A program made the translations under genes and the position numbers. From assembly GCA_965224025.1 (NCBI GenBank), contig OZ245033.1:672001-736000 (forward strand): a stretch of 64,000 nt of DNA, written 5' to 3'. Position 1 is the first letter of the stretch. Every line of letters begins with the position of its first letter. This DNA comes from Candidatus Multivorans sp. GTDB lineage: Bacteria > Acidobacteriota > Thermoanaerobaculia > Multivoradales > Multivoraceae. The notes beneath the pieces were generated by a model. It was not told the origin of the DNA. It searched no databases and saw only the letters and a list, made by a program, of their open reading frames with translations. Shown here piece by piece: positions 1 through 8,998 of the stretch.

Positions 1-1
1 G

Positions 2-526
2 GCTCTGATTGCTGCCTTGCTTGTCGCCGCGTTGCCGTTGGCCGCCGAAGACGCGGAGTCGACGGAGCATTTGCTCGAGCCGGACACGATCCACCCGGCG
101 ACTGCCGACCAGTTCCGCGTCGTGCTGGAGCACCACCGGGGCAAGGTGGTGATCGTCAACTACTGGGCCACCTGGTGCATCCCCTGCCTGCAGGAGCTGC
201 CCGAGCTCGACCTGCTGCAGGAGCGCTACGGTGAGCGCGGTCTGGTGGTGATCGCCGTCTCGATGGACGATCCGGACAAGCTCGAGGACCGCGTGCGGCC
301 GTTCTTCGCCAAGCGGGCGCCGGGCCTTGTCTCCTATCTGGCCACAGCCGGCGACAACTCGATGGACTTCGTGACCTCGTTCGATCCCGAGTGGCCCGGG
401 GCGCTGCCGACAACCATGTTCTTCGACCGGAGCGGAGAACTGAAGAACGTTCATCTCGGACGGATGCTGTACGCGGAGTTCGAGGAGGCCGTACTCGAGT
501 TGCTCGATGCCGACGGGGGATCCTGA
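2..526 (+). CDS. TlpA/ResA-family thiol-disulfide oxidoreductase (5' end truncated by window edge)
   Basis: NYWATWCIPC CxxC motif and LPTT cis-Pro motif; frame open from position 2 with a hydrophobic signal-like segment. Confidence 0.85.
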   Translation, partial: ALIAALLVAALPLAAEDAESTEHLLEPDTIHPATADQFRVVLEHHRGKVVIVNYWATWCIPCLQELPELDLLQERYGERGLVVIAVSMDDPDKLEDRVRPFFAKRAPGLVSYLATAGDNSMDFVTSFDPEWPGALPTTMFFDRSGELKNVHLGRMLYAEFEEAVLELLDADGGS

Positions 527-607
527 CCCAGAGCCCGGAAGTTGCCGGTTGCTTCCCGGTGTTGTCGGTTCTTGACGCCGAGACAGTGGCGCTTAGGAGG
601 GACCCGA

Positions 608-1720
608 ATGTCAGACTCGGTCTTCGAGCACTTCGACTTCGCCGACGAGTACGGGCCGGAGAAGGTCGTCACCGTCCATGAACCCCGCTGCGGCCTGCAA
701 GGGATCGTGGTGATCGACAACAGCGCCGCCGGACCCACGATGGGCGGCATCCGCATGGCGCCGGACGTCACCGTAGAGGAGGTATGCCGGCTGGCGCGGG
801 CCATGACCTGGAAGAACGCGATGGCCCGCCTGCGTCACGGCGGCGGCAAGGCGGGCATCCGCGCCGATCCGCGTACGCCGAACCGGGAGGCCCTGGTGCG
901 GCAGTTCGGCCGCGCGATCCGGCGGTTGGCCGACTACATCCCGGCCCCGGACATGGGCACCGACGAGACCGCGATGGCCTGGATTCGAGACGAGGGCGGC
1001 CGCTCGGTCGGCCTGTCCAAGGCGCTGGGCGGGATTCCTCTCGACGAGGTGGGTTCCACCGGTTACGGCCTCGCCATCGCCGCCGAGGTGGCCGAGGAGG
1101 CGGGCGTTGTGAGACTCGAAGGCGCCACGGTCGGGGTCCAGGGTTTCGGCAACGTCGGTCGGCCGGCGGCCCGCTTCCTGGCCGAGCGGGGCGCGCGGCT
1201 CGTCGCGGTCACCGATCTCGACGGCACGATCCATGACCCGGACGGCATCGACATCGACGAACTCGTGGCAACGATGGAGGCGGCCGGCGGCGTGACCGCT
1301 TACCCGCGCGGCCGCCGGGTGGAAGGCGACGCCTTCCTGGACCTGGAGGTCGACTTCTTCGTGCCGGCGGCGCGTCCGGATGTGATCGACAGCGGCAACG
1401 CCGGCCGCGTTGGCTGCAAGGTCGTGCTCCAGGGGGCGAACATCCCGGTCACGCCGGCCGGCGAGCGGATTCTTCACGACCGTGGCGTCCTCTCGATTCC
1501 CGACTTCGTCGCCAATGCCGGCGGCATCATCTGCGGCGCCGTCGAGTACGCGGGCGGTTCGGAGAGACAGGCGTTCGAGAGAATCGAGGACACGGTGCGC
1601 GAGAACACCCGCGAGGTGCTGGAACTGGCCCGGACCGAGGGATGCCTGCCGCGCGAGGCGGCGATGGGCCTGGCCCAGCGGCGCGTCGCGGAAGTGATGG
1701 CCTACCGGCGCGCCGACTGA
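608..1720 (+). CDS. Glu/Leu/Phe/Val amino-acid dehydrogenase
   Basis: GGIRM, GGGKAGI, PAPDMGT, GFGNVG and PDFVANAGG motifs; AGGAGG RBS at 595-600 before ATG 608. Confidence 0.9.
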   Translation: MSDSVFEHFDFADEYGPEKVVTVHEPRCGLQGIVVIDNSAAGPTMGGIRMAPDVTVEEVCRLARAMTWKNAMARLRHGGGKAGIRADPRTPNREALVRQFGRAIRRLADYIPAPDMGTDETAMAWIRDEGGRSVGLSKALGGIPLDEVGSTGYGLAIAAEVAEEAGVVRLEGATVGVQGFGNVGRPAARFLAERGARLVAVTDLDGTIHDPDGIDIDELVATMEAAGGVTAYPRGRRVEGDAFLDLEVDFFVPAARPDVIDSGNAGRVGCKVVLQGANIPVTPAGERILHDRGVLSIPDFVANAGGIICGAVEYAGGSERQAFERIEDTVRENTREVLELARTEGCLPREAAMGLAQRRVAEVMAYRRAD

Positions 1721-1740
1721 AGCGCGGAACTCGAGAACGA

Positions 1741-2670
1741 ATGAGGCCCCACAACGCGCTCGCCGAAGCCGCCGTCGACCGGCGGTCGGAGCGCCGCGGC
1801 GACTCCGATTGGCTGGCGGGGCGCCTCGCCGACCCCGACAACCTGCTGACTGTCGTGTGGCGGGAGCGCAGCCTGGTCATCGACGCCCATGGCGATCGCG
1901 CGCCGGCGCCTGGGACGGTGCCCGTGACCGCGGCGCCGGCGCTGGTCGAGCAGACGGAGGAACTCGTCTACCTGGGCGACGCGGGCGGGCGGAGTTACTT
2001 CTCGATCGACCTCTCCGATCGGGACGATCCGCTTTCGGGCGCGTTGCGCGGCGCTGGTCGGCTGGTCGAGCTGCGCCAGGTCGGCGCCGCGATGAGCGGT
2101 ACGGACGGCAACCTGCTCGCCTACGCGCGCGCGATGGCGACCTGGCACCGGCGCCACCGCTTCTGCGGCCGATGCGGCGCCTCGACCTCAAGCCGGAACG
2201 CCGGCCACTTGCGGATATGCACCGGCTGCGGCGCCGAGCACTTTCCGCGCACGGACCCCGCGGTGATCATGCTGGTTAGTACGTCGAGCGGCGGCGACGA
2301 CTCCTGCCTGCTCGGACGCCAGACCGCCTGGCCGCCCGGGATGTTCTCGGCCCTGGCCGGCTTCGTCGAACCGGGTGAGAGCCTGGAGAGCGCCGTGGCG
2401 CGCGAGGTCCAGGAGGAGACCGGCATCGCCGTCGACACCGTGGAGTACCACTCCTCCCAGCCGTGGCCCTTCCCGACCTCGATCATGCTCGGCTTCTACG
2501 CCACGTCCCCGGGCGGCGACGTGCGGGTGGACACCGAGGAACTCGAGCACGCGGTCTGGGTGCGCCGCTCCGACCTCGAGTACGCGCTTAGAGCCCGCGA
2601 AGTACGGTTGCCGCCGCCCTTCTCGATTGCCCGCCGGCTGATCGACGACTGGCTGCGCCGAGAGACGTAG
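1741..2670 (+). CDS. nudC: NAD+/NADH diphosphatase (Nudix)
   Basis: Zn ribbon FCGRCG..CTGC, FPRTDPAVI, Nudix box GFVEPGESLESAVAREVQEETG, SQPWPFP signature. Confidence 0.93.
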   Translation: MRPHNALAEAAVDRRSERRGDSDWLAGRLADPDNLLTVVWRERSLVIDAHGDRAPAPGTVPVTAAPALVEQTEELVYLGDAGGRSYFSIDLSDRDDPLSGALRGAGRLVELRQVGAAMSGTDGNLLAYARAMATWHRRHRFCGRCGASTSSRNAGHLRICTGCGAEHFPRTDPAVIMLVSTSSGGDDSCLLGRQTAWPPGMFSALAGFVEPGESLESAVAREVQEETGIAVDTVEYHSSQPWPFPTSIMLGFYATSPGGDVRVDTEELEHAVWVRRSDLEYALRAREVRLPPPFSIARRLIDDWLRRET

Positions 2671-2673
2671 CCC

Positions 2674-2698
2674 CTGGCAACGCGGGCGTTTCGCCCGC
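2674..2698 (+). repeat. REP-like palindrome, family A (CTGGNNNCGCGGG...CCCGC)
   Basis: ctggcaacgcgggcgtttcgcccgc; related copies at 7469-7493 (-), 37792-37817, 45794-45816, 50075-50100 and 50209-50234 (-). Confidence 0.65.
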
Positions 2699-2763
2699 AT
2701 CCGGGCCATCCCGGGAACGCGGCGAGCCCGTTTCATGCGCTGCTGGCGTAGCATTGTCCTTCC

Positions 2764-3810
2764 ATGGCCCTCGACTCCACGAACGGCGCCGCCGGCAGCC
2801 AGCCGATCGACCGCCTGGGACGGCCGATCCGCGATCTGCGCATCTCGGTCATCGACCGTTGCAACTTCCGCTGCACCTTCTGCATGCCGGCGGACCGGGA
2901 GTACCGGTTCCTGCCCCGGCAGCAGTTGTTGACGTTCGAGGAGATCGAACGCCTGGTGCGGCTGTTCGTCGAACTCGGCGTCCGCAAGCTGCGCCTGACC
3001 GGCGGTGAACCCCTGTTGCGGCGGGACATCGAGGAACTCGTCCGGATTCTGGCCGACGTGCCCGGAATCGAGGGCTTGGCGCTGACCACGAACGGCGCTC
3101 TGCTCGGCGCCAAGGCGCAGGCGCTCGCCGAGGCCGGGCTCGACCGGGTCACGGTCAGCGTCGAGTCCCTGCAGGACGACGTCTTCGGCCGCGTCAACGG
3201 TCTAGGGCACGGCGTGCAGCAAGTGCTCGACGGTATCGACGCCGCGGCCGACGCCGGTCTCGGCCCGATCAAGATCAACGCGGTGGTCATGAAGGGCACC
3301 AACGAGGACGAGGTCGCCGACATCGCCGGCTACTTCAAGGAGCGCGGCCACATCGTCCGCTTCATCGAGTTCATGGATGTCGGCACGGTCAACGACTGGA
3401 GCCTCGACCGGGTGGTTTCGGCCGCCGAAATCACCGACCGGATCGCCAAACGCTGGCCCTTCGAACCGCTCGACCGCGCCCAACCGAGCGACGTCGCCGA
3501 GCGCTTCCGCTACCTCGACGACGGCGTCGAGTTCGGCGTCATCTCCTCGATCTCCCGCCCCTTCTGCGGCGACTGCGCCCGCGCCCGCCTGTCGTCGGAC
3601 GGCCGCCTCTACACCTGCCTGTTCGCCGACACCGGCCCCTCGATCCGCGATCGCCTACGCGCCGGCGTGACGGATGAAGAGCTGCTCGCCTTCCTGGCGG
3701 AGCACTGGGGCCAGCGGGAAGATCAGTACTCCGAGATCCGCGCCGAGCGGCTTCGCGCCGGCCTGCAGCCGGCGCCCGAGCGGGTCGAGATGTTCCGCAT
3801 CGGCGGCTGA
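2764..3810 (+). CDS. moaA: GTP 3',8-cyclase (molybdenum cofactor biosynthesis, radical SAM)
   Basis: LRISVIDRCNFRCTFCMP, LTGGEPLLR, FCGDCARARL, C-terminal IGG. Confidence 0.96.
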   Translation: MALDSTNGAAGSQPIDRLGRPIRDLRISVIDRCNFRCTFCMPADREYRFLPRQQLLTFEEIERLVRLFVELGVRKLRLTGGEPLLRRDIEELVRILADVPGIEGLALTTNGALLGAKAQALAEAGLDRVTVSVESLQDDVFGRVNGLGHGVQQVLDGIDAAADAGLGPIKINAVVMKGTNEDEVADIAGYFKERGHIVRFIEFMDVGTVNDWSLDRVVSAAEITDRIAKRWPFEPLDRAQPSDVAERFRYLDDGVEFGVISSISRPFCGDCARARLSSDGRLYTCLFADTGPSIRDRLRAGVTDEELLAFLAEHWGQREDQYSEIRAERLRAGLQPAPERVEMFRIGG

Positions 3811-3844
3811 GTCGGCTGCGGCACGGCGCCGCGTGGCTGCTGCG

Positions 3845-3956
3845 CGGCGTGGCGGTTGGTCGTCGGTTCATGAGAGGTCGTTGGCCGTCGCTTGCCGACA
3901 GCCTCGTTGGGACCCTCCCCTCCGACCCCTGGGGCAGGCTGGACGGCGTCGGGCTT
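3845..3956 (-). repeat. degenerate dispersed repeat, family C (inverted relative to 7557-7690)
   Basis: 3932-3956 matches the reverse complement of 7557-7581 at 24/25; weaker similarity continues upstream. Confidence 0.6.
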
Positions 3957-4074
3957 CCATGGCCTCGTCAGCCGGCGGTCCGACAGACTCCTCAGCAGGA
4001 CTGACTCGAGTGCTTGCCCAGTGGTCTTCCCTCCGTCTTCGGCACTGAAGTAGCCAGGAAAGAGGAACGCCCCC

Positions 4075-4571
4075 ATGTCTGATCTCGACAGTCTGCTGAG
4101 CGACGATCGCCGCGCGCGACTGCTTCCGACTCCCGGATCGAAGAGTGAGCGAGCGTTTACTTCCATTCTGCTTGCGACGATGACAGTCGTGCGTCCGTTC
4201 GCTCGCCAACTGTTGAAGAGTTGGGGCGTGTCGATGCACAAGACCTCGGACTTGCGTGCGTACACGGAGGTCGGGTTTGAAGTGACTGGGCGGCGTAATA
4301 GTGTTCGCCCTGATGGCGTTCTGGTTCTATCCACACGCAAGCGCCGGTGGACTGCTCTCGTCGAAGCGAAGGTCGGCGGGCGATCGTCAGGGATGTTGCG
4401 GGTCGGTTTTCGAAGAGACGGGTGTTTGTACAGGGTTTGGAGAAACTGATTCCGACGTTCTACGACCAGGTCGGCCAGCGACTTCGGTCCTGGAGGCCGC
4501 CGCCTCCGAGGATAGATCCGAGCGGTGCAGTGGCCGGAGCGGCAGTAGCTGAGGCACCTGAACAGGTTTGA
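4075..4571 (+). pseudogene. internally deleted remnant of a PD-(D/E)XK nuclease-like / 'stress response' protein
   Basis: N-part ARLLP..ERAFTSILLA..YTEV.F..RPDGVLVL..WTALVEAKVG, then frame break; C-terminal-like piece FYDQVGQRLRSWRPPPP in another frame ending 4571; GAGG RBS. Confidence 0.6.
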
Positions 4572-4703
4572 GGCTGAGCGGCGCTCTTGGCAGTGGTAGG
4601 TAGAGCGGGTTCAGAGGCACGTTTGGTCGTCGTGGGCGGACGGTCGTTCGAGCACGAGACCGCTACCATGTCGCCGACTGGCTGGTCCGGACGGACTGCG
4701 AGG

Positions 4704-6679
4704 CTAGTCCGAAGTTCTGAGCGTTCCGGGGTCTCGGGCGGTGCGTCGGGCCTTGTCCCAGTTGGGTTTCTGGGCGGCGGGCACCGTTTTCTTCCTGGCA
4801 AGTGTAGCCATGTATCTGGGTAAGTGGCGATAGACATACGGTTGTTGTCGGCTACAATCAGAAGCCATGTACATCGAAAGCGTACCCAACCGCAACTCGC
4901 CGCCCGCCGTCCTCCTGCGAGAGTCCTACCGACAGGACGGAAAGGTCAAGAAACGCACCCTCGCAAACCTCTCCAAGTGGCCCGATCAACTCGTCGAAGG
5001 ACTCAGAACTCTGCTCAAGGGAGGCATAGCCCTCCCCTCCCTCGACGACGCCTTCCAGATCGTGCGGGCCAAGCCCCACGGACACGTCGCCGCCGTCCTC
5101 GGCACAATCAGAAAACTCGGCCTCGAACGACTGCTCGACCGCAGACCCTCGCCGCAGCGGGCGCTCGTCGTCGCCATGATCGCCGCGCGCATCCTCGAAC
5201 CGCGGTCCAAGCTCGCCACCGCCCGAGGACTCGCCAGCGAAACCGCCAACCACACCCTCGCCGAGGAACTCGGCGTCGAAGACCCCTCCGACGACGACCT
5301 CTACGACGCCATGGACTGGCTGCTCTTTCGCCAGCCGAAGATCGAACGCGGCCTCGCCAAGCGGCATCTCGAAGACAGCTCGCTCGTCCTCTGCGACCTG
5401 ACCTCGGTCTACCTCGAAGGCAGAGAGAGCCCGCTGGCCAGACACGGCTACTCCAGGGACAAGAAGCGGGGCAAGCTCCAGATCGTCTTCGCCCTGCTCT
5501 GCAACCGGGAGGGATGCCCGGTGGCCATCGAGGTCTTCGAGGGCAACACCGCCGATCCAGGCGCGCTGAGCAGCCAGGTGCACAAGCTCCGCGACCGCTT
5601 CTCGCTGGATCGGGTCATCGTCGTCGGCGACCGCGGACTGATCACCAACGCCCGCATCGAGGAGGACCTCGAACCCGCCGGCCTGTCCTGGATCAGCGCG
5701 CTGCGCGCGCCTCAGATCCGCACCCTGGCCGAGCAGGGCCGCCTGCAACTGTCGCTCTTCGACCAGCGGGACATGGCGGAGATCAGCGTCCCGGAGCTGT
5801 ACCCCAAGGAACGCCTGATCGTGTGCCGGAACCCGCTTCTGGCGGCCGAGCGGCGCCGCAAGCGTCTGGACCTGCTCGACAGGACCGACGAACTCCTCGA
5901 AGCCGTCGAGAAGGCCACGAAGCGAAAGAACAGGCCGCTGCGCGGCAGCAAGGACATCGCTGTCAGAGCCGACCGCGCCCTGTGCAAGTACAAGGTCGGC
6001 AAGCACTACGACATCGAGGTCGCGGACGACGGCTTCAACTGGCGCCGCAACGAGGAGCGCATCGACGAGGAAGCGGCCCTCGACGGCCTCTGCGTTATCC
6101 GAACCAACGTCCCGGAGGCCGACCTGCCCGCCGACGAGACCGTCCGCTCCTACAAGAGTCTCAGCCGCGTCGAACGAGCCTTCCGCAGCCTAAAGAGCGT
6201 CGACCTCAAGGTGCGCCCCGTGCATCACCGGCTCGCCGGCCGCGTGCGCGCCCATGTCCTCCTCTGCGTCCTCGCCTACTACGTCGAGTGGTACATGCGA
6301 AGACGCCTCGCGCCCATCCTCTTCGACGACGACCGGAAGACCGACGACCGCGCGTCGCCCGTCCAGCCGGCGCGGAAATCGAACGCCGCCAAGGCCAAGG
6401 CCAACTCCGGCCGCACCGCCGACGGACTCCCCGTGCACAGCTTCCAGACACTTCTCGACGACCTCGCCACCCTGACCAGAAACCGCGTCAGGATGCCGGG
6501 CAGCGACGCGGCGACCGCCAACGTCCTCGCTCGGCCCACCCCGCTCCAGGACGAGGCCTTCAGACTCCTCGACGTACGACCCTGACAGGAGCGTACCCAG
6601 TACCGGACACAACCGAATCCACGACAAGCCCCGTACCTACAAGGGATTCCTCAGCTTGATGCTCAGAACTTCGGACTAG
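4704..6679 (+). mobile_element. complete IS1634-family insertion sequence
   Basis: Perfect 19-bp inverted repeat ctagtccgaagttctgagc (4704-4722) / gctcagaacttcggactag (6661-6679); the outer CTAG is either a TSD or the TIR tip. Confidence 0.9.
4867..6585 (+). CDS. IS1634-family DDE transposase
   Basis: MYIESVPNRNSPPAVLLRESYR N-terminus, CDLTSVYLEG, GYSRDKK, VGDRG, YKSLSRVERAFRSLK, RPVHH; 572 aa, uninterrupted. Confidence 0.92.
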   Translation: MYIESVPNRNSPPAVLLRESYRQDGKVKKRTLANLSKWPDQLVEGLRTLLKGGIALPSLDDAFQIVRAKPHGHVAAVLGTIRKLGLERLLDRRPSPQRALVVAMIAARILEPRSKLATARGLASETANHTLAEELGVEDPSDDDLYDAMDWLLFRQPKIERGLAKRHLEDSSLVLCDLTSVYLEGRESPLARHGYSRDKKRGKLQIVFALLCNREGCPVAIEVFEGNTADPGALSSQVHKLRDRFSLDRVIVVGDRGLITNARIEEDLEPAGLSWISALRAPQIRTLAEQGRLQLSLFDQRDMAEISVPELYPKERLIVCRNPLLAAERRRKRLDLLDRTDELLEAVEKATKRKNRPLRGSKDIAVRADRALCKYKVGKHYDIEVADDGFNWRRNEERIDEEAALDGLCVIRTNVPEADLPADETVRSYKSLSRVERAFRSLKSVDLKVRPVHHRLAGRVRAHVLLCVLAYYVEWYMRRRLAPILFDDDRKTDDRASPVQPARKSNAAKAKANSGRTADGLPVHSFQTLLDDLATLTRNRVRMPGSDAATANVLARPTPLQDEAFRLLDVRP

Positions 6680-6906
6680 TGAAGGAGGTCGCGAACGCCT
6701 GCATCACGAAGTCGCCTGGCAGTTGGAGCAGGTGAAAGGGAGATCCGAGGACTGAGAAGAATAGCGGTCAGCCGACGCGGCTAGGTCCAGTGCACTCCGC
6801 GCACCGTCAACCAGCCATCGGAAGGTACGCCTTCATGAAGTGCTCCACAATCTTCTCCCTTCTCCTCCTCTGCGCGCTACCGGCCGTCGCCGATCGGCGA
6901 GGGGAG

Positions 6907-7020
6907 TCACCCCAGCTTGGACAGCTTCAGGTGAGACCCGACTTGGCCGCTCTCGCGAAAGCCGAGCTCCTTGAATGCCGTGACCAGCTTTTTCGTACTA
7001 ACCGGCGAGAGCCTGGGCAT
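6907..7020 (-). pseudogene. hicA: truncated HicA-family toxin (37 aa)
   Basis: MPRLSPVSTKKLVTAFKELGF..GSHLKL is the HicA N-half with the GSH motif; stops before the usual C-terminal 'VP.H' half; start overlaps the hicB 3' end. Confidence 0.7.
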
Positions 7021-7309
7021 GGGGGACCATATTGACCGGCACGGACACCGTGTCTTGTGGAGCGGCATGGTCCACGGCGTTCGCGGTGACCCGCACCTCC
7101 AGACCGCTCTCTTCGAGAACACGGTCCATGATCCCCTCCTCGCAGCAGCCCTCGATGAACAGGGCCATCGCCTCCTGCAGCATGGCCAAGGCTTCCCGGT
7201 GGGTAGAACCTTGGCTTGCCACGTGGAGTTGTGGACACGATGCGACCCATGTGTCGCGCTCACGGTGCAGTTCCGCGGGGAACTTGATGTTGACGCCGAC
7301 CCGGCTCAT
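6998..7309 (-). CDS. hicB: HicB-family antitoxin
   Basis: WVASCPQLHVASQGSTHREALAMLQEAMALFIE is the HicB motif; GAGGAG RBS upstream of ATG 7309. Confidence 0.8.
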   Translation of the reverse strand: MSRVGVNIKFPAELHRERDTWVASCPQLHVASQGSTHREALAMLQEAMALFIEGCCEEGIMDRVLEESGLEVRVTANAVDHAAPQDTVSVPVNMVPHAQALAG

Positions 7310-7468
7310 GGGCTCGCTCCTCAGTCCGCGGAGCAGCGTAACATGGTGCCAGCGCATCCTGCGCCGCTCCGTGGTTTGGGCTTGATGCCGGCCAGAAGGC
7401 GGCCGCACCGGCGGTCGGCTTGTCGGGACGCCACTGCCAAGACCGATGCGCCCTCACTGCGGGCAAGT

Positions 7469-7493
7469 GCGGGCGAGACGCCCGCGTTCCCAG
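7469..7493 (-). repeat. REP-like palindrome, family A
   Basis: gcgggcgagacgcccgcgttcccag hairpin. Confidence 0.7.
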
Positions 7494-7556
7494 GACGCGG
7501 ATCGCGCCACCCGGGTTCCCCAGGGACGAGCTGTGACATCGGAGACAGAGCCGCCA

Positions 7557-7690
7557 AAGCCCGACGCCGTCTAGCCTGCCCAGGTGGCTCGGAGCGAGCG
7601 ACGGCCGGCGCCCCTTCAACTACCAACGACCGACCGGAGCGAGCGTAGTGCAGTGAGCGCACCCCCGTTCATTTCTCCGACCAAGCGCGA
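7557..7690 (+). repeat. degenerate dispersed repeat, family C
   Basis: cccaggtg..cgagcg.cggcc..accggagcgag.g.ag.g.agtgagcgc..caagcgc shared with 11454-11562; reverse partial copies at 3845-3956 and 37541-37595. Confidence 0.6.
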
Positions 7691-7693
7691 ATC

Positions 7694-7760
7694 CAGGTGG
7701 CGCGTTCCGCGCCACCTGTGAACCAGTCCGTGCGCCGGTCAGCGGGCGCACGGATGGCAC
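7694..7760 (+). repeat. double-hairpin repeat, family D, copy 1
   Basis: caggtggcgcg/cgcgccacctg stem, gaaccag linker, tccgtgcgcc/ggcgcacgga stem, tggcac tail. Confidence 0.75.
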
Positions 7761-7954
7761 GGCACCTGGGCACCCTCCCCCCGGAGCCCCGACCAGGCAG
7801 GCGGGTGCAACCGACGACCCTTCGCCGCTCCGCTCCGCGCCGCACCGCGCCGCCGCTGCCCGGCCGATGCCCTATCTGCGGCAACCGCTCCGCTTACGCG
7901 GCCGAATTCCGGTACAGTGCCGCGCATGTGTCGCCGCATCATTGGGGCGGTCGC

Positions 7955-8998
7955 GTGAGTACCCGGCCCCTGTTGGCGGCCGCCGAGGGCGAGCGGGACC
8001 GAAAGGCTGAACACATCCGCCTGGCGCTGGATCGGCGCATGCAGGTGGAGCGCAGCTACTTCGACGACTACCGGTTCGAGCATCGGGCGCTGCCGGAGAT
8101 CGACTTCGACGATGTGCGGATCGGCACGGCGTTTCTGGGGCGGGAACTGAAGGCGCCGCTGCTCATTTCGTGCATGACCGGGGGCACGGGGGTTGCGGAG
8201 CAGATCAACCGGCGGCTTGCGGAGGCGGCCGAGGCTGGTCGCGTCGCTCTGGGAGTCGGGTCGCAGCGCAAGGCGATCGACGATCCGGAGACGGCGGCGA
8301 CGTTTCGGGTCCGGGAGTTCGCGCCCAACGTGCCGATTCTCGCCAACCTGGGCGCGGTGCAACTGAACTACGGCTACGGCATCGACGAGTGCCGGGCGGC
8401 GGTCGACATGGTCGAAGCGGACGCCCTGGTGCTGCACCTGAACGCGTTGCAGGAGACGCTCCAGCCGGAGGGGCAGTTGAACTTCCGCGGCCTGCTGCCG
8501 AAGATCGCGCGGGTGGTCGAAGCGATGGAGGTGCCGGTGATCGTCAAGGAGATCGGTAGCGGCATTTCGGCGGCGGTCGGCCAGGAGCTCGCCAACGTCG
8601 GCGTGCGGATTCTGGACACGGCGGGCGTGGGCGGTACGAGCTGGGCGCGGATCGAGGCCGCGCGGGCGGACGAGATCGCACTAGGCGAGCGCTTCGCCGA
8701 CTGGGGGTTGCCGACGCCGGAGTCGATCCGCCAGTTGGCGCAGGTGCCCGGCGTGCAGGTGATCGGCAGCGGCGGCATCCGGTCGGGCATCGACGCGGCG
8801 AAGGCGCTGGCGCTGGGCTCCGACGTCGCCGGCATGGCCTTCCCGTTCCTGGAGGCTGCGAACGCGTCGACCGCCGCGGTGGTCGATCGGATCGATCGTA
8901 CGGCCTTCGAGCTGCGCACCTGCATGTTCTGCACCGGCGCGGTGGACGTGGAGGCACTGCGCCGGGCGCCCCTTCGGCGAGGACGCGGCGATGGCTGA
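7955..8998 (+). CDS. fni: type 2 (FMN-dependent) isopentenyl-diphosphate isomerase
   Basis: RKAEHI, ISCMTGG, GVGSQR, ANLGAVQL, HLNALQE.LQPEG, VKEIGSG, GGTSW, SGGIRSG motifs; GTG start chosen. Confidence 0.94.
   Translation: MSTRPLLAAAEGERDRKAEHIRLALDRRMQVERSYFDDYRFEHRALPEIDFDDVRIGTAFLGRELKAPLLISCMTGGTGVAEQINRRLAEAAEAGRVALGVGSQRKAIDDPETAATFRVREFAPNVPILANLGAVQLNYGYGIDECRAAVDMVEADALVLHLNALQETLQPEGQLNFRGLLPKIARVVEAMEVPVIVKEIGSGISAAVGQELANVGVRILDTAGVGGTSWARIEAARADEIALGERFADWGLPTPESIRQLAQVPGVQVIGSGGIRSGIDAAKALALGSDVAGMAFPFLEAANASTAAVVDRIDRTAFELRTCMFCTGAVDVEALRRAPLRRGRGDG

Noticed and set aside
6877-6909. hicA UGA followed by a perfect palindrome (tcgccgatcggcga), suggesting selenocysteine read-through given selA
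   Set aside because: Read-through adds only about 9 residues before a TAG and does not restore the HicA C-terminus; the position is not a conserved Cys.
7429-7950. Repeat-dense intergenic region as a possible CRISPR array or known ncRNA
   Set aside because: No regularly spaced identical direct repeats and no cas genes; explained by stacked families A, C and D.
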